From positions 163,706 to 227,705 of the forward strand of contig CAWFUR010000012.1 in assembly GCA_963819115.1 (NCBI GenBank): DNA of 64,000 nucleotides, in the 5' to 3' direction. Position 1 is the first letter of the stretch. Each line of letters opens with the position of its first letter. This stretch comes from an uncultured Thermoleophilaceae bacterium. Its GTDB lineage: Bacteria > Actinomycetota > Thermoleophilia > Solirubrobacterales > Thermoleophilaceae. Under the pieces are notes generated by a model. That model was not told where the DNA came from. It saw only the letters and a list, made by a program, of their open reading frames with translations, and searched no databases. Positions 37,754-45,928 of the stretch are shown piece after piece. The translations under genes and the position numbers were made by a program.

Positions 37754-38718
37754 CGGCGCCTTTCACAGAGCACGAGCATCACTTCGACGTCTTCGGCACC
37801 CAGGTTCGACTGCTCGTCGGCGCTCCCGCCGGCGAGCCGTTCACCGCCCGGCTCGCCGCGCTACGTGTGCAGCGAACGATGCACGACCTGCATGCCAAGC
37901 TGACGCGCTTCGAGCCCGGCAGCGAGCTGTCTCGACTCAACGCACGCTCCGGCCAACCGATCGCAGTCTCATCGACGCTGTTGGACGCCGTCCAGGCGGC
38001 GATCTTCGCCGCCGAGGTCAGCGAGGGACTCGTCGATCCCACGATCACGCCGCATCTGGAGCGGGCCGGCTACGCGCGATCGCGCGCGGGGGAGCCGCCC
38101 GCGGACCTGCGGGCCGCGCTGGAAACCGCGCCGCCACGCCGGCCCGCCGCCCGAGCGCCCCGCAGTGGCTGGGAGCGCCTCGACGTCGACCCTGAAGACG
38201 GCACCGTCCAGTTGCCCTCCGGGACGCGTCTGGACCTCGGCGGAAGCGCCAAGGGCCTGGCGGTCGACATCGCGGCGCGGATGCTCGCCGGCCGGCCGAC
38301 GTTCGCGATCGACGCCGGCGGCGACATCCGCCTCGGCGGCACCTCTCGTGTGCCGCGGATGGTCAACATCGCTCACCCGCTCACCGACGCCGACGCGCAC
38401 CGCTTCACCCTGCATGACGGCGCCGTCGCAACCAGCGGCCTGCGCACCCGTATCTGGAAGACCGCCGCGGGCCACGCCCACCACCTCATCGACCCATCAA
38501 CGGGTGAGCCGGCATGGACCGGCGTCATCCAGGCCACCGCGTTGGCACCCACCGCCCTGGAGGCTGAGACGCTCGCCAAGGGCGCACTGCTGCGCGGCCC
38601 GCGCGCCGGACGCCGCGTGCTCGAACGCCACGGCGGCGGCGCGCTGATCCTCGACGACGGCGAACTGCTCCTCGTCGGCGCGCTCGCGACCACACCGCGC
38701 GGGCTGGTGGCGGCATGA
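37750..38718 (+). CDS. apbE: FAD:protein FMN transferase (ApbE family)
   Basis: FGTQVRL..., LDLGGSAKGLAVD and TSGLRTR blocks are typical of ApbE. Translationally coupled to both neighbours. Confidence 0.8.
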   Translation: MTAPFTEHEHHFDVFGTQVRLLVGAPAGEPFTARLAALRVQRTMHDLHAKLTRFEPGSELSRLNARSGQPIAVSSTLLDAVQAAIFAAEVSEGLVDPTITPHLERAGYARSRAGEPPADLRAALETAPPRRPAARAPRSGWERLDVDPEDGTVQLPSGTRLDLGGSAKGLAVDIAARMLAGRPTFAIDAGGDIRLGGTSRVPRMVNIAHPLTDADAHRFTLHDGAVATSGLRTRIWKTAAGHAHHLIDPSTGEPAWTGVIQATALAPTALEAETLAKGALLRGPRAGRRVLERHGGGALILDDGELLLVGALATTPRGLVAA

Positions 38719-39326
38719 CCACCGACCCGACCCAGCAGGTGTTCTGGCTCGCCAGCCGCGCCGTGGGCATCGTTGCGATCGCGCTGCTGGGGATCTCCGT
38801 CGCCCTCGGGCTGGCGATGTCCACCAAGCTGCTGCGCCGCCCCGGCCTGCCCGCCAAGCTCAAGCGCTTCCACGAAGCCTCGACCCTCGTCACGCTCGCC
38901 CTGATCGTCGTGCACGCCGGGCTGCTGCTCGCCGACGGCTACCTGCGACCGGGGCTCGCCGGCGTGATGCTGCCCTTCCACCTCTCCTACCGGCCGCTGT
39001 GGACAGGCACCGGGATCATCGCCGCCTGGCTGGCCGCGATCCTCGGGCTGAGCTTCTACGCGCGCAAGTGGATCGGCGCGAAGACCTGGCGCTGGCTGCA
39101 CCGCTGGACACTGGCCGTTTACGTTCTCGCGGTCGGTCACGCCATCGGCGCCGGAACTGACGGCCGCTCGACCTGGATGCTGGCGATGCTCACGCTGCTC
39201 ACCGCGCCGATCGTCTTCGCCTTCAGCTACCGCATGCTCCCGACCGCGCCACGCCAGCGCCCGCCGCGAGCGGCACGTCAACCCGTCCGCCGCCATGCCG
39301 CGGCGAGCGCTGCGCCAGGCTCGTGA
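38715..39326 (+). CDS. ferric-reductase-like transmembrane domain protein (no FAD/NAD domain)
   Basis: Six hydrophobic helices with His residues in helices (FHEAS, VVHAGLL, WLHRW, VGHAIG). Resembles the FRD/MsrQ heme-b membrane module. Confidence 0.6.
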   Translation: MTTDPTQQVFWLASRAVGIVAIALLGISVALGLAMSTKLLRRPGLPAKLKRFHEASTLVTLALIVVHAGLLLADGYLRPGLAGVMLPFHLSYRPLWTGTGIIAAWLAAILGLSFYARKWIGAKTWRWLHRWTLAVYVLAVGHAIGAGTDGRSTWMLAMLTLLTAPIVFAFSYRMLPTAPRQRPPRAARQPVRRHAAASAAPGS

Positions 39327-39413
39327 ACCGCCCAACGATCGAGGGACTTCCACGGACTCCCACCGCGGCCGGGCACGGATGGCGAAACGACAGCCGCGCG
39401 TGATGCTTGACCG

Positions 39414-41315
39414 GTGACGTCCCCGGCGACATCGCATCAGCATGCGCGCATCCGCGCGTCGCTGCACACGCTCGCCGAGTCCCGCGCGCAGATCCTCGCT
39501 GTGATCGCCGTCGTCGCGATCGCCGCCGGATTCTTGCTGCACGCGATCGGCGCAGGAGACGCCGGGCACCAGGTGTGGCGGGCCGCGGTGGCGCTGCTTG
39601 CCGCAGAGCTCGCGTTCGAGGTCGGTCGCACCGTTGTCGTCGATCATCACCTCGGCGTCGACACGATCGCGCTCGTCGCGATGGTTGGAGCGCTGGCGCT
39701 CGGCGAGGAACTCGCGGGCGCGGTCATCGGCCTGATGTTCACCGGTGGAGCGGCGCTTGAGGCGGCGGCATCCCGCCGCGCGCGCCGCGAGCTGACGCTT
39801 CTGGTCCAGCGCGCGCCGCGCGTCGCCCAACTGCGGATCGACCGCGGGCTCGAGGAGGTGCCGGTCGACCGTGTCCGCGCCGGGGACACGGTGCTCGTGC
39901 GCACGGGAGAGGTCGTGCCCGTCGACGGCATCGTGGTCGGGGACGAGGCCGTCGTGGACACCAGCACGCTCAGCGGCGAGCCGCTACCGGTCACGCTGCG
40001 TGCCGGGATGGCCGTGATGAGCGGCAGCGTCAACGCGGGCGGCCCGTTCGACGTGCGTGCCGACCGGCCCGCGGCCGAGAGCGCTTACGCCGCGCTGGTG
40101 CGGCTCGTAGAGCAGGCCCAGGCCCAGCGCGCCCCGTTCGTGCGGATGGCCGACCGCTACGCCGGCATTTTCCTGCCCATCACGCTCGTGGTCGCCGGCC
40201 TGGCGTGGGCGCTCAGCGGTGACCCCGTGCGGGCGCTGGCGGTGGTGGTCGTCGCGACGCCGTGCCCGCTCATCCTCGCTGCACCGATCGCGCTCGTCTC
40301 TGGCCTGTCACGCGCCGCGCGCAACGGCGTCATCGTCAAGGGCGCCGGCGCGATCGAGACCCTCGGCGAGGCCCGTACCGTCCTCTTCGACAAGACGGGC
40401 ACATTGACGGTCGGCACCCCGGAAGTCCGCGAGATCGTCTCGCTGAACGGCCTGGCCAGAGGCGAAGTCCTGCGGCTCGCCGCGTCCGTCGACCGCCTCT
40501 CCGCCCACGTGCTCGGCGAGGCGCTCGTCCGCGCGGCCCAGGAATCCGCGCTCGACCTGACGATGCCGAGCGACGTCGACGAGGAGCCCGGCCAGGGGAT
40601 CGCCGGCACGGTCGACGGCCGTCGCATCGCGGTCGGCAGCCGCGCCTTCCTGCGCGCCCAGGGGTACGACCCCGACGCCGTCGCCGCCGCCTCGCTTGCG
40701 ACCGGTCGCGGCTCCGGCGAGGCCCACGTGCTCGTCGGCGTCGAAGGCGAGCCTGCAGGCGTGATCGTGATGGCCGACGAGCTGCGCCCCGACGCCGACA
40801 GCATCGTCGACCGCCTGCGCCGGGAGGGTGTGCGCCACGTCGCGATGGTCTCCGGCGACCGGGCCTCGGTGGCACAGCGGATCGGCGACATGCTCGGCGT
40901 GGATCGCGTCTACGCCGAGCAGTCGCCCGAGGACAAGCTCGAGGTCGTCCGCACGCTGCGCAACGACCCGGCGCTCAGCCCCGTGATCATGGTCGGCGAC
41001 GGCGTCAATGACGCACCCGCGCTGGCGATCGCCGACCTCGGCATCGCGATGGGTGCCGCAGGCGCCACGGTCTCGTCCGAGACCGCCGACGCCGTCATCA
41101 CCGTCGACCGCGTCGATCGCGTCGCCGACGCCGTCCACACCGGGCGCCGAGCGCTGTTCATCGCCCGCCAGAGCGTTCTCGCCGGCATGGGGCTGAGCAT
41201 CGCGGCGATGGGCGTCGCGGCCGCCGGCTACCTCCAGCCGGTTGCCGGCGCGCTCTTCCAGGAGGTCGTCGATGTCGCCGTCATCCTCAACGCGCTGCGG
41301 GCATTGCGCGGATAG
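39414..41315 (+). CDS. heavy-metal-translocating P1B-type ATPase (no N-terminal HMA domain)
   Basis: CPC motif (ATPCPLILAAP), phosphorylation site DKTGTLT and hinge GDGVNDAPAL. Confidence 0.9.
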   Translation: MTSPATSHQHARIRASLHTLAESRAQILAVIAVVAIAAGFLLHAIGAGDAGHQVWRAAVALLAAELAFEVGRTVVVDHHLGVDTIALVAMVGALALGEELAGAVIGLMFTGGAALEAAASRRARRELTLLVQRAPRVAQLRIDRGLEEVPVDRVRAGDTVLVRTGEVVPVDGIVVGDEAVVDTSTLSGEPLPVTLRAGMAVMSGSVNAGGPFDVRADRPAAESAYAALVRLVEQAQAQRAPFVRMADRYAGIFLPITLVVAGLAWALSGDPVRALAVVVVATPCPLILAAPIALVSGLSRAARNGVIVKGAGAIETLGEARTVLFDKTGTLTVGTPEVREIVSLNGLARGEVLRLAASVDRLSAHVLGEALVRAAQESALDLTMPSDVDEEPGQGIAGTVDGRRIAVGSRAFLRAQGYDPDAVAAASLATGRGSGEAHVLVGVEGEPAGVIVMADELRPDADSIVDRLRREGVRHVAMVSGDRASVAQRIGDMLGVDRVYAEQSPEDKLEVVRTLRNDPALSPVIMVGDGVNDAPALAIADLGIAMGAAGATVSSETADAVITVDRVDRVADAVHTGRRALFIARQSVLAGMGLSIAAMGVAAAGYLQPVAGALFQEVVDVAVILNALRALRG

Positions 41316-41316
41316 C

Positions 41317-41481
41317 TCATTCCACGACGCGCAGTGCGCCGGAGCGGTCGGTGCGGCGCAGACGGCGCAGCGTCAGCAGCGGCGCGACGGCAACCATCAG
41401 CGTCCCGGTGACGAGCGCAAGCAGGTAGGTGAGCGGCGCCACCGAGGTGAGCGTCCGGGTCTCGGGCATGTTGGTGTCGAT
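41317..41481 (-). pseudogene. FtsX-like ABC permease C-terminal relic
   Basis: The last TM helix plus LTLRRLRRTDRSGALRVVE-stop resembles the conserved FtsX/MacB C-terminal tail. Nothing upstream is recognisable. Confidence 0.35.
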
Positions 41482-41751
41482 GAGCCACGACAGCAGCGCA
41501 CGGCCGGCCGCGGGGACGACGCGTGCGAGCCGGGTATCGGCACCAGAACGCCAAGCTGAGGGCCCGGGTACCCATGGGGAGGGGACGGCCGTGACCCACG
41601 TCAGATGTGCAGGCGCCGGGTTCCGGCCCGGCAATTTGAGCTCTCATGAGCTGGGTGAGGACGGCAGGATCGCGCACGGCTACCTCTTCACCTGCCCCGC
41701 TGGGGTCATCGAGGTCCTAGCCCGGGCGGGCGACCGGCTGGAGGCGCCCAC

Positions 41752-42913
41752 ATGACCAAGGCGTCCGGCGTTCCGGAGCCCCGCCGCGCCGTTGACGCCG
41801 GCGCGGGTGCAATGGCCTGGCGGTTCGGCGATGCGCTGCGGGTCGGCGACGGCGCCGCCGCCGAGCGCGTCGTGGCGGCGCTGGAAGCCGTCCAGTCTCT
41901 AGTCATCGCGCCGGCAATGGTCAGAATCGGCGAGCTCTGGCAGTCGCGGCTCATCGGCGTGGCCGACGAGCACCTGGCGACATCGATCAGCCAACGGTCG
42001 TTGATCCGCGTGTTCGAGACGATCAGCGCGAACCGGGACCGCGGGCGCTCCCGTGAGCGGGTGCTGCTCGCTGCGGTCGAGGGCCAGCATCATGTGCTCG
42101 GGCTGCGCATGGTGGCCGACGTCCTCGAGGGCGCCGGGTTCGACGTCCTCTACACCGGCGAGGACGTCCCAGTGGAGAGCCTGCGCGACGCCGTCGCCAA
42201 GCATCGCCCCGCGGTCGTGGGACTCGCGTTCGGGATCGCCTCGGACGTGAGCTGTCTGGCCGACTCGCTGTGGGCCATCCACGAGGTCGCTCCCGAGACG
42301 CGCGTCATGCTCGGTGGTCGCGCCGTACCGCCCGGGCTCCGGACCGGCGGATACGCCTGGGTCGCGACGACCATGGAGGTCGTCGCCGCGGTCGAGGATC
42401 TGCTCGCGGGGCCGGGCCAGCCGCTGCCTGAGTTTGTCGACCTGATGCGCTCCCCCGCAGGCGACGATCATGGGCCGCGCGAGCATTCGGTCGAGCCCGA
42501 TGGCGTCGCGGCGCAGCTGGCCAGGGCGGCTGACGAAGCGACGGGTCTCGCCCGCAAGCACGTTCGCCGTGCCGCGACGTACCGGGATCTGGCCTTTCGC
42601 GACCCGCTGACAGGCCTGCCCATGTTCGGCCCGGCGACACCGTGGCCCGCTTCGGCGGCGACGAGTTGCCGTCCTGCTGCCCCACGGCACGCCGGCGATC
42701 GCCGGCGAGATCGGCGACCGCATCCGCTCTGCCGTGGCTGCCACCGTGGACCCGGCCGTAAGCGTGAGCGTCGGGGTGGCTGAGCTTGAGCACGACGCAC
42801 GCCTCGGGGTGCTTGCGGCCGACACGGCGCTGTACGAGGCGAAGGCGGGCGGCCGTGACCGCGTCGAGATGGCGCGCCCCCGGAAGGCTCCCGACAGCCG
42901 GGGACCGGGCTGA
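41752..42913 (+). pseudogene. CarH-type B12-binding domain / GGDEF protein, decayed (internal deletion plus frameshifts)
   Basis: The N-terminus is intact, with ELWQSRLIGVADEH (W-x9-EH) and GQHHVLG. DPLTGL is then joined directly to RPGDTVARFGGDE in another frame. A 1-nt loss follows (gag tt-gcc) before AVLLPHGT...LYEAKAGGRDRV, which ends at TGA 42911-42913. Confidence 0.8.
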
Positions 42914-42916
42914 CCG

Positions 42917-43225
42917 ATGTACGTCTCGATGTCACGATTGGCGATCCCGGGTGAGCGCGCCCCCGAGCTGGTCGCGGCATTTCGCGCTCGTTCGCGGCTG
43001 GCCGATGCGGCCGACGGGTTCATCGACCTCCAGGTCTGGCAGTCCGATCGTGACCCCGGGGAGATCCTGATGGTCAGTCGCTGGACCGACCGCGAGTCCT
43101 TCAAGGCCTACATGAAGAGCGATGCGCACAAGGCCTCGCACGATCGCATCGATCCGGAGCTCAAGGCCGACATCAAGCTCCTGCGGCTCGATCATCTCCA
43201 CACCTACGAGGTGGTTGTCGAATGA
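42917..43225 (+). CDS. ABM-fold monooxygenase, IsdG/MhuD-like (putative heme-degrading)
   Basis: 102 aa. RWTDRESFKAYMKSDAHKASHDRI parallels the IsdG segment [23 protein letters not shown]. Confidence 0.7.
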   Translation: MYVSMSRLAIPGERAPELVAAFRARSRLADAADGFIDLQVWQSDRDPGEILMVSRWTDRESFKAYMKSDAHKASHDRIDPELKADIKLLRLDHLHTYEVVVE

Positions 43226-43635
43226 CCGTTCGTCGCCCCAGCGGAGCTCCGCCGCCCGCCGTCGTAAGGATCGCTGGCGCCGAAACGCCGCTCGGGCCGG
43301 TCGCCGTCGTGATCTGCGACCGCTACCGCGAGGAGTTCCCGGACGAGGCCGAGCGCTACGGCGATGCTGGGATCGACTGGTGTCGCCATGACAACCAATG
43401 GCTGCTCTCCTGGGCCGTGGACGACGTTCTCGAGGCCGCCGACCTCTGTGAGCAGGCCCGCTGGCTGGCGGAGGTGCTGGAAGCCCGGGGCTTCCCCGTC
43501 GATCGATTGGCCCGTGATCTCGAGATCGCGGCGGACGTGGTGGACGAGGGATGTTTCGGCGAGGCGAGCCCGGCGGTTGCGTCGCGTCTCTCGACCGCCG
43601 CCGAGACCGTCGCAGGGCTCAAGAGCGGTTTCTAA
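43222..43635 (+). CDS. small helical protein of unknown family (paralogue of 45925-46374)
   Basis: ATGA overlap with the upstream gene. Shares the motifs ICxRYRxEFPDE..RYG.AG..WCxHDNQ and RGFPVxRLARxLxIAA with the second copy. Confidence 0.65.
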   Translation: MTVRRPSGAPPPAVVRIAGAETPLGPVAVVICDRYREEFPDEAERYGDAGIDWCRHDNQWLLSWAVDDVLEAADLCEQARWLAEVLEARGFPVDRLARDLEIAADVVDEGCFGEASPAVASRLSTAAETVAGLKSGF

Positions 43636-43812
43636 CCGCGGTGCTCGCGGCGGTCATGACGGTCACGGCGCGGTCGCGGCGCTTGTCCCAATGATGGTCG
43701 TGATCGCGGTTCGGCTCGCACGCTCGCCGAAGCCTCCCCACTGCCCTTCCTACGGTTCGGCTCGTCCCTCGGAACATCGCTTCTAGAGCTGAAACTGGGC
43801 GTTCAGGCGGCC

Positions 43813-43856
43813 GTCTACGGAACCGAAGGTCACAGGTTCGAATCCTGTCGGGCGCG
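43813..43856 (+). repeat. 44-bp direct repeat, distal copy (tRNA-Arg 3' fragment, attR-like)
   Basis: gtctacggaaccgaaggtcacaggttcgaatcctgtcgggcgcg is identical to 22327-22370. No convincing tRNA 5' half lies upstream. Confidence 0.9.
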
Positions 43857-43974
43857 TCACGAACTGCCTGGATATCGCGTGGTTCTGTGCGCACAGCGCG
43901 GTTTGAGACGGTCGGGACCATCAGTAGCTCGGTCAGTAATCGCGTCGAATGCGAACACCGAGGCGAGGGCGGCC

Positions 43975-44165
43975 TAGGTCGAGGGCCCCCTCATCACCCC
44001 GCTCGTGGTACCCCACGATGTAGCCCACTTGTGCGCATGTCGGCGTGCCCGAGGATCGTCTGGAGCGTGGATAGCGCTTCGCCACGGGACCACCGGATGT
44101 GGCGAACGTGGAGCGGGTGTCGTGCATCTGTAGACGGGGAGCGAAAAGCCTTTTCCCCGCATGGG
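43975..44165 (-). pseudogene. tyrosine recombinase (integrase) C-terminal relic, multiply frameshifted
   Basis: The minus strand reads GEKAFRSRLQMHDTRSTFATS (HxLRHTFAT-like box). A shifted frame reads LSTLQTILGHADMRT (LGH box), followed by GYIVGYHE (candidate catalytic Tyr region). Confidence 0.5.
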
Positions 44166-44277
44166 TACAGGTAGTTTTCCTACTTTGCGCCGAGGGTCAG
44201 GTGGCGTACGGTAGACAGCGGCTCGATGGCACCCGTTGAGGACAACCCCACGACCATGAGCCAGCCCGTTTTGCGAG

Positions 44278-45615
44278 ATGCCGACTGGTCGCACTAGGGC
44301 TATGCCTGACGGGCCGGGCCCGAAGCGCCGCCGAGCGGCGGACACCAGTGAGCGCGCCCTGCTGCGCTCGTTCGGCGACGCGCTGCGCGCCGGCGATCCG
44401 TCCGGGGCCAAGGGGGTCGCCGCGGACGCGCTCGAGGCCGGCTACGGCGTGACCACCGTGCAGGACCGCCTGATCGCCCCGGCGATGCGCTGGATCGGCG
44501 AACTGTGGCAGCACGGAGCGGTGACCGTGGGCGACGAGCATCTGGCCACGGCGATCAGCCAGGACGTGCTGGCGCGGCTGTTCCCGCGAGGGCTGACGGC
44601 GCCCGCTGGGTCGCGGGAGCGGATCGTCCTGGCGGCGGTCCAGGGGGAGCATCACACCCTCGGGCTGCGGATGGCCGCAGATGTCCTGGAGGGCGCGGGC
44701 TTCGACGTTCTCTATCTCGGCGCCGACGTGCCGCTCAGCGCCCTGCTCGACACCTGTAGGACGCACACGCCCTCCGCTCTGGGCCTGACTGTGAGTATGG
44801 CGCTCAACGTCCCGACGCTGATCTGGGAGATCGGAGAGGTCTGTGCGCTCGAGCAGCCGCCGGTGATTTTCGCCGCCGGCCGTGCGCTGGAGCCCGCGAT
44901 GAAGCAGGGCCTCGATATCCCGTTCGTCGCCGGCGTCGGGGATGTCGTCAGGACGGTGGAAGCCCTCTTGGCCCGGCCGCCCCGAGGCCCCGTCGTTCCG
45001 GCGGCGCTCGCCGCGAGGGTTCCTGCGGTGTACGGGCCGGAGGCGATCGGCACGGAGGCGCTGGGAACGCACGAGGACGCGTTCTCGCGAACGGCGCTGT
45101 CAGCAGCCGGGTCGGCGCGCGATGCCGCACGCCATGCCTTCGCGATGGAGCAGCTCGCCTTCCGAGACGCCCTCACGGGCCTGTGGAACCGCCGGGCCTA
45201 CGACGACCGATTTGACGAGGCGTCCGCTGCCGAGGCGCAATCCATGGTGCTCATGGTCGACGTCGACAAGTTCAAGCGCATCAACGACACCTTCGGCCAC
45301 GAAGCCGGTGACAAGGCGCTCATCGGGGTCGGCAACGCGATGCTGCGCAGCGTGCGCCCCGGCGACTTCGTCGCCCGGTACGGGGGCGATGAGTTCGCGA
45401 TCCTGCTGCCCGGGGCCGATGAGGCCGGGGCGGTGAGCGTCGGCGAGCGGATCCTCTATGCGGTCCGGCACACCCTCGCCGACCCGGCAGTCACCGTGAG
45501 CGTGGGCGTCTCGCCGGCGCTCGAATCCCAGCTGCAGACGTCGCTCGCCGTCGACAAGGCTCTCTACGACGCCAAGGAGGAGGGCCGCGACCGCGTCGTC
45601 GTCGCGGCCCGCTGA
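44278..45615 (+). CDS. CarH-type cobalamin-binding sensor domain fused to GGDEF diguanylate cyclase
   Basis: ELWQHGAVTVGDEH (W-x9-E-H cap motif), GEHHTLGLRM (E-x-H-x-x-G lower-ligand motif), and GGDEF domain RYGGDEFAILL with RxxD (RPGD) five residues upstream. An alternative ATG is at 44302. Confidence 0.8.
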   Translation: MPTGRTRAMPDGPGPKRRRAADTSERALLRSFGDALRAGDPSGAKGVAADALEAGYGVTTVQDRLIAPAMRWIGELWQHGAVTVGDEHLATAISQDVLARLFPRGLTAPAGSRERIVLAAVQGEHHTLGLRMAADVLEGAGFDVLYLGADVPLSALLDTCRTHTPSALGLTVSMALNVPTLIWEIGEVCALEQPPVIFAAGRALEPAMKQGLDIPFVAGVGDVVRTVEALLARPPRGPVVPAALAARVPAVYGPEAIGTEALGTHEDAFSRTALSAAGSARDAARHAFAMEQLAFRDALTGLWNRRAYDDRFDEASAAEAQSMVLMVDVDKFKRINDTFGHEAGDKALIGVGNAMLRSVRPGDFVARYGGDEFAILLPGADEAGAVSVGERILYAVRHTLADPAVTVSVGVSPALESQLQTSLAVDKALYDAKEEGRDRVVVAAR

Positions 45616-45619
45616 CCGC

Positions 45620-45928
45620 ATGTACATCTCCATGTCGCATCTGCGCATCTGTCCCGAGCGTGCCCCGGAGCTGATCGATGCATTCAGAGACCGGTGCGGT
45701 CTCGTCGAGGGCCACGTCGGTTTCATCGACCTGCAGGTCTGGCAGTCCGACCGCGACGCCGGCGAGGTCGTCATGGTGAGCCGCTGGAGCGACCGCGCGG
45801 CTTTCAAGGCCTACATGAAGAGTGCGGACCACCGGATGTCCCATGAGCGCATCGATGCGGGGCTGCGCTCGGAGATCAAGCTGGAGGCCCTGCAGCACAT
45901 GCACACGTTCGAGGTGGTCGCAGAATGA
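45620..45928 (+). CDS. ABM-fold monooxygenase, IsdG/MhuD-like (putative heme-degrading)
   Basis: 102 aa with RWSDRAAFKAYMKSADHRMSHERI. Lies 4 nt after the upstream stop. Confidence 0.7.
   Translation: MYISMSHLRICPERAPELIDAFRDRCGLVEGHVGFIDLQVWQSDRDAGEVVMVSRWSDRAAFKAYMKSADHRMSHERIDAGLRSEIKLEALQHMHTFEVVAE

Larger units (their letters stand above)
22371..43856. mobile_element. putative tRNA-Arg-associated genomic island (about 21.5 kb, no intact integrase, partly decayed)
   Basis: Bounded by the perfect 44-bp tRNA 3' repeat. Contains gene relics, a TA pair, an IS481 fragment and paralogues of genes outside the segment. Confidence 0.5.

Noticed and set aside
43780-43812. Possible decayed 5' half of a tRNA upstream of the distal 44-bp repeat (tagagctgaaactgg vs tagctcagctgg).
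   Set aside because: The similarity is short and gapped, and no acceptor stem complementary to the 3' end can be formed. I treat the distal copy as a 3' fragment only.
43619-43921. Small ORFs spanning the tRNA fragment (43619-43921 minus, 43364-43786 plus).
   Set aside because: They overlap a repeat derived from a tRNA and a better-supported gene, and have an Arg-rich shadow composition.
44166-44277. Looked for a cobalamin riboswitch or CarH-type operator upstream of the B12-GGDEF gene.
   Set aside because: No B12-box-like consensus or obvious repeated operator half-sites were visible by eye. Absence cannot be proven without a covariance-model scan.
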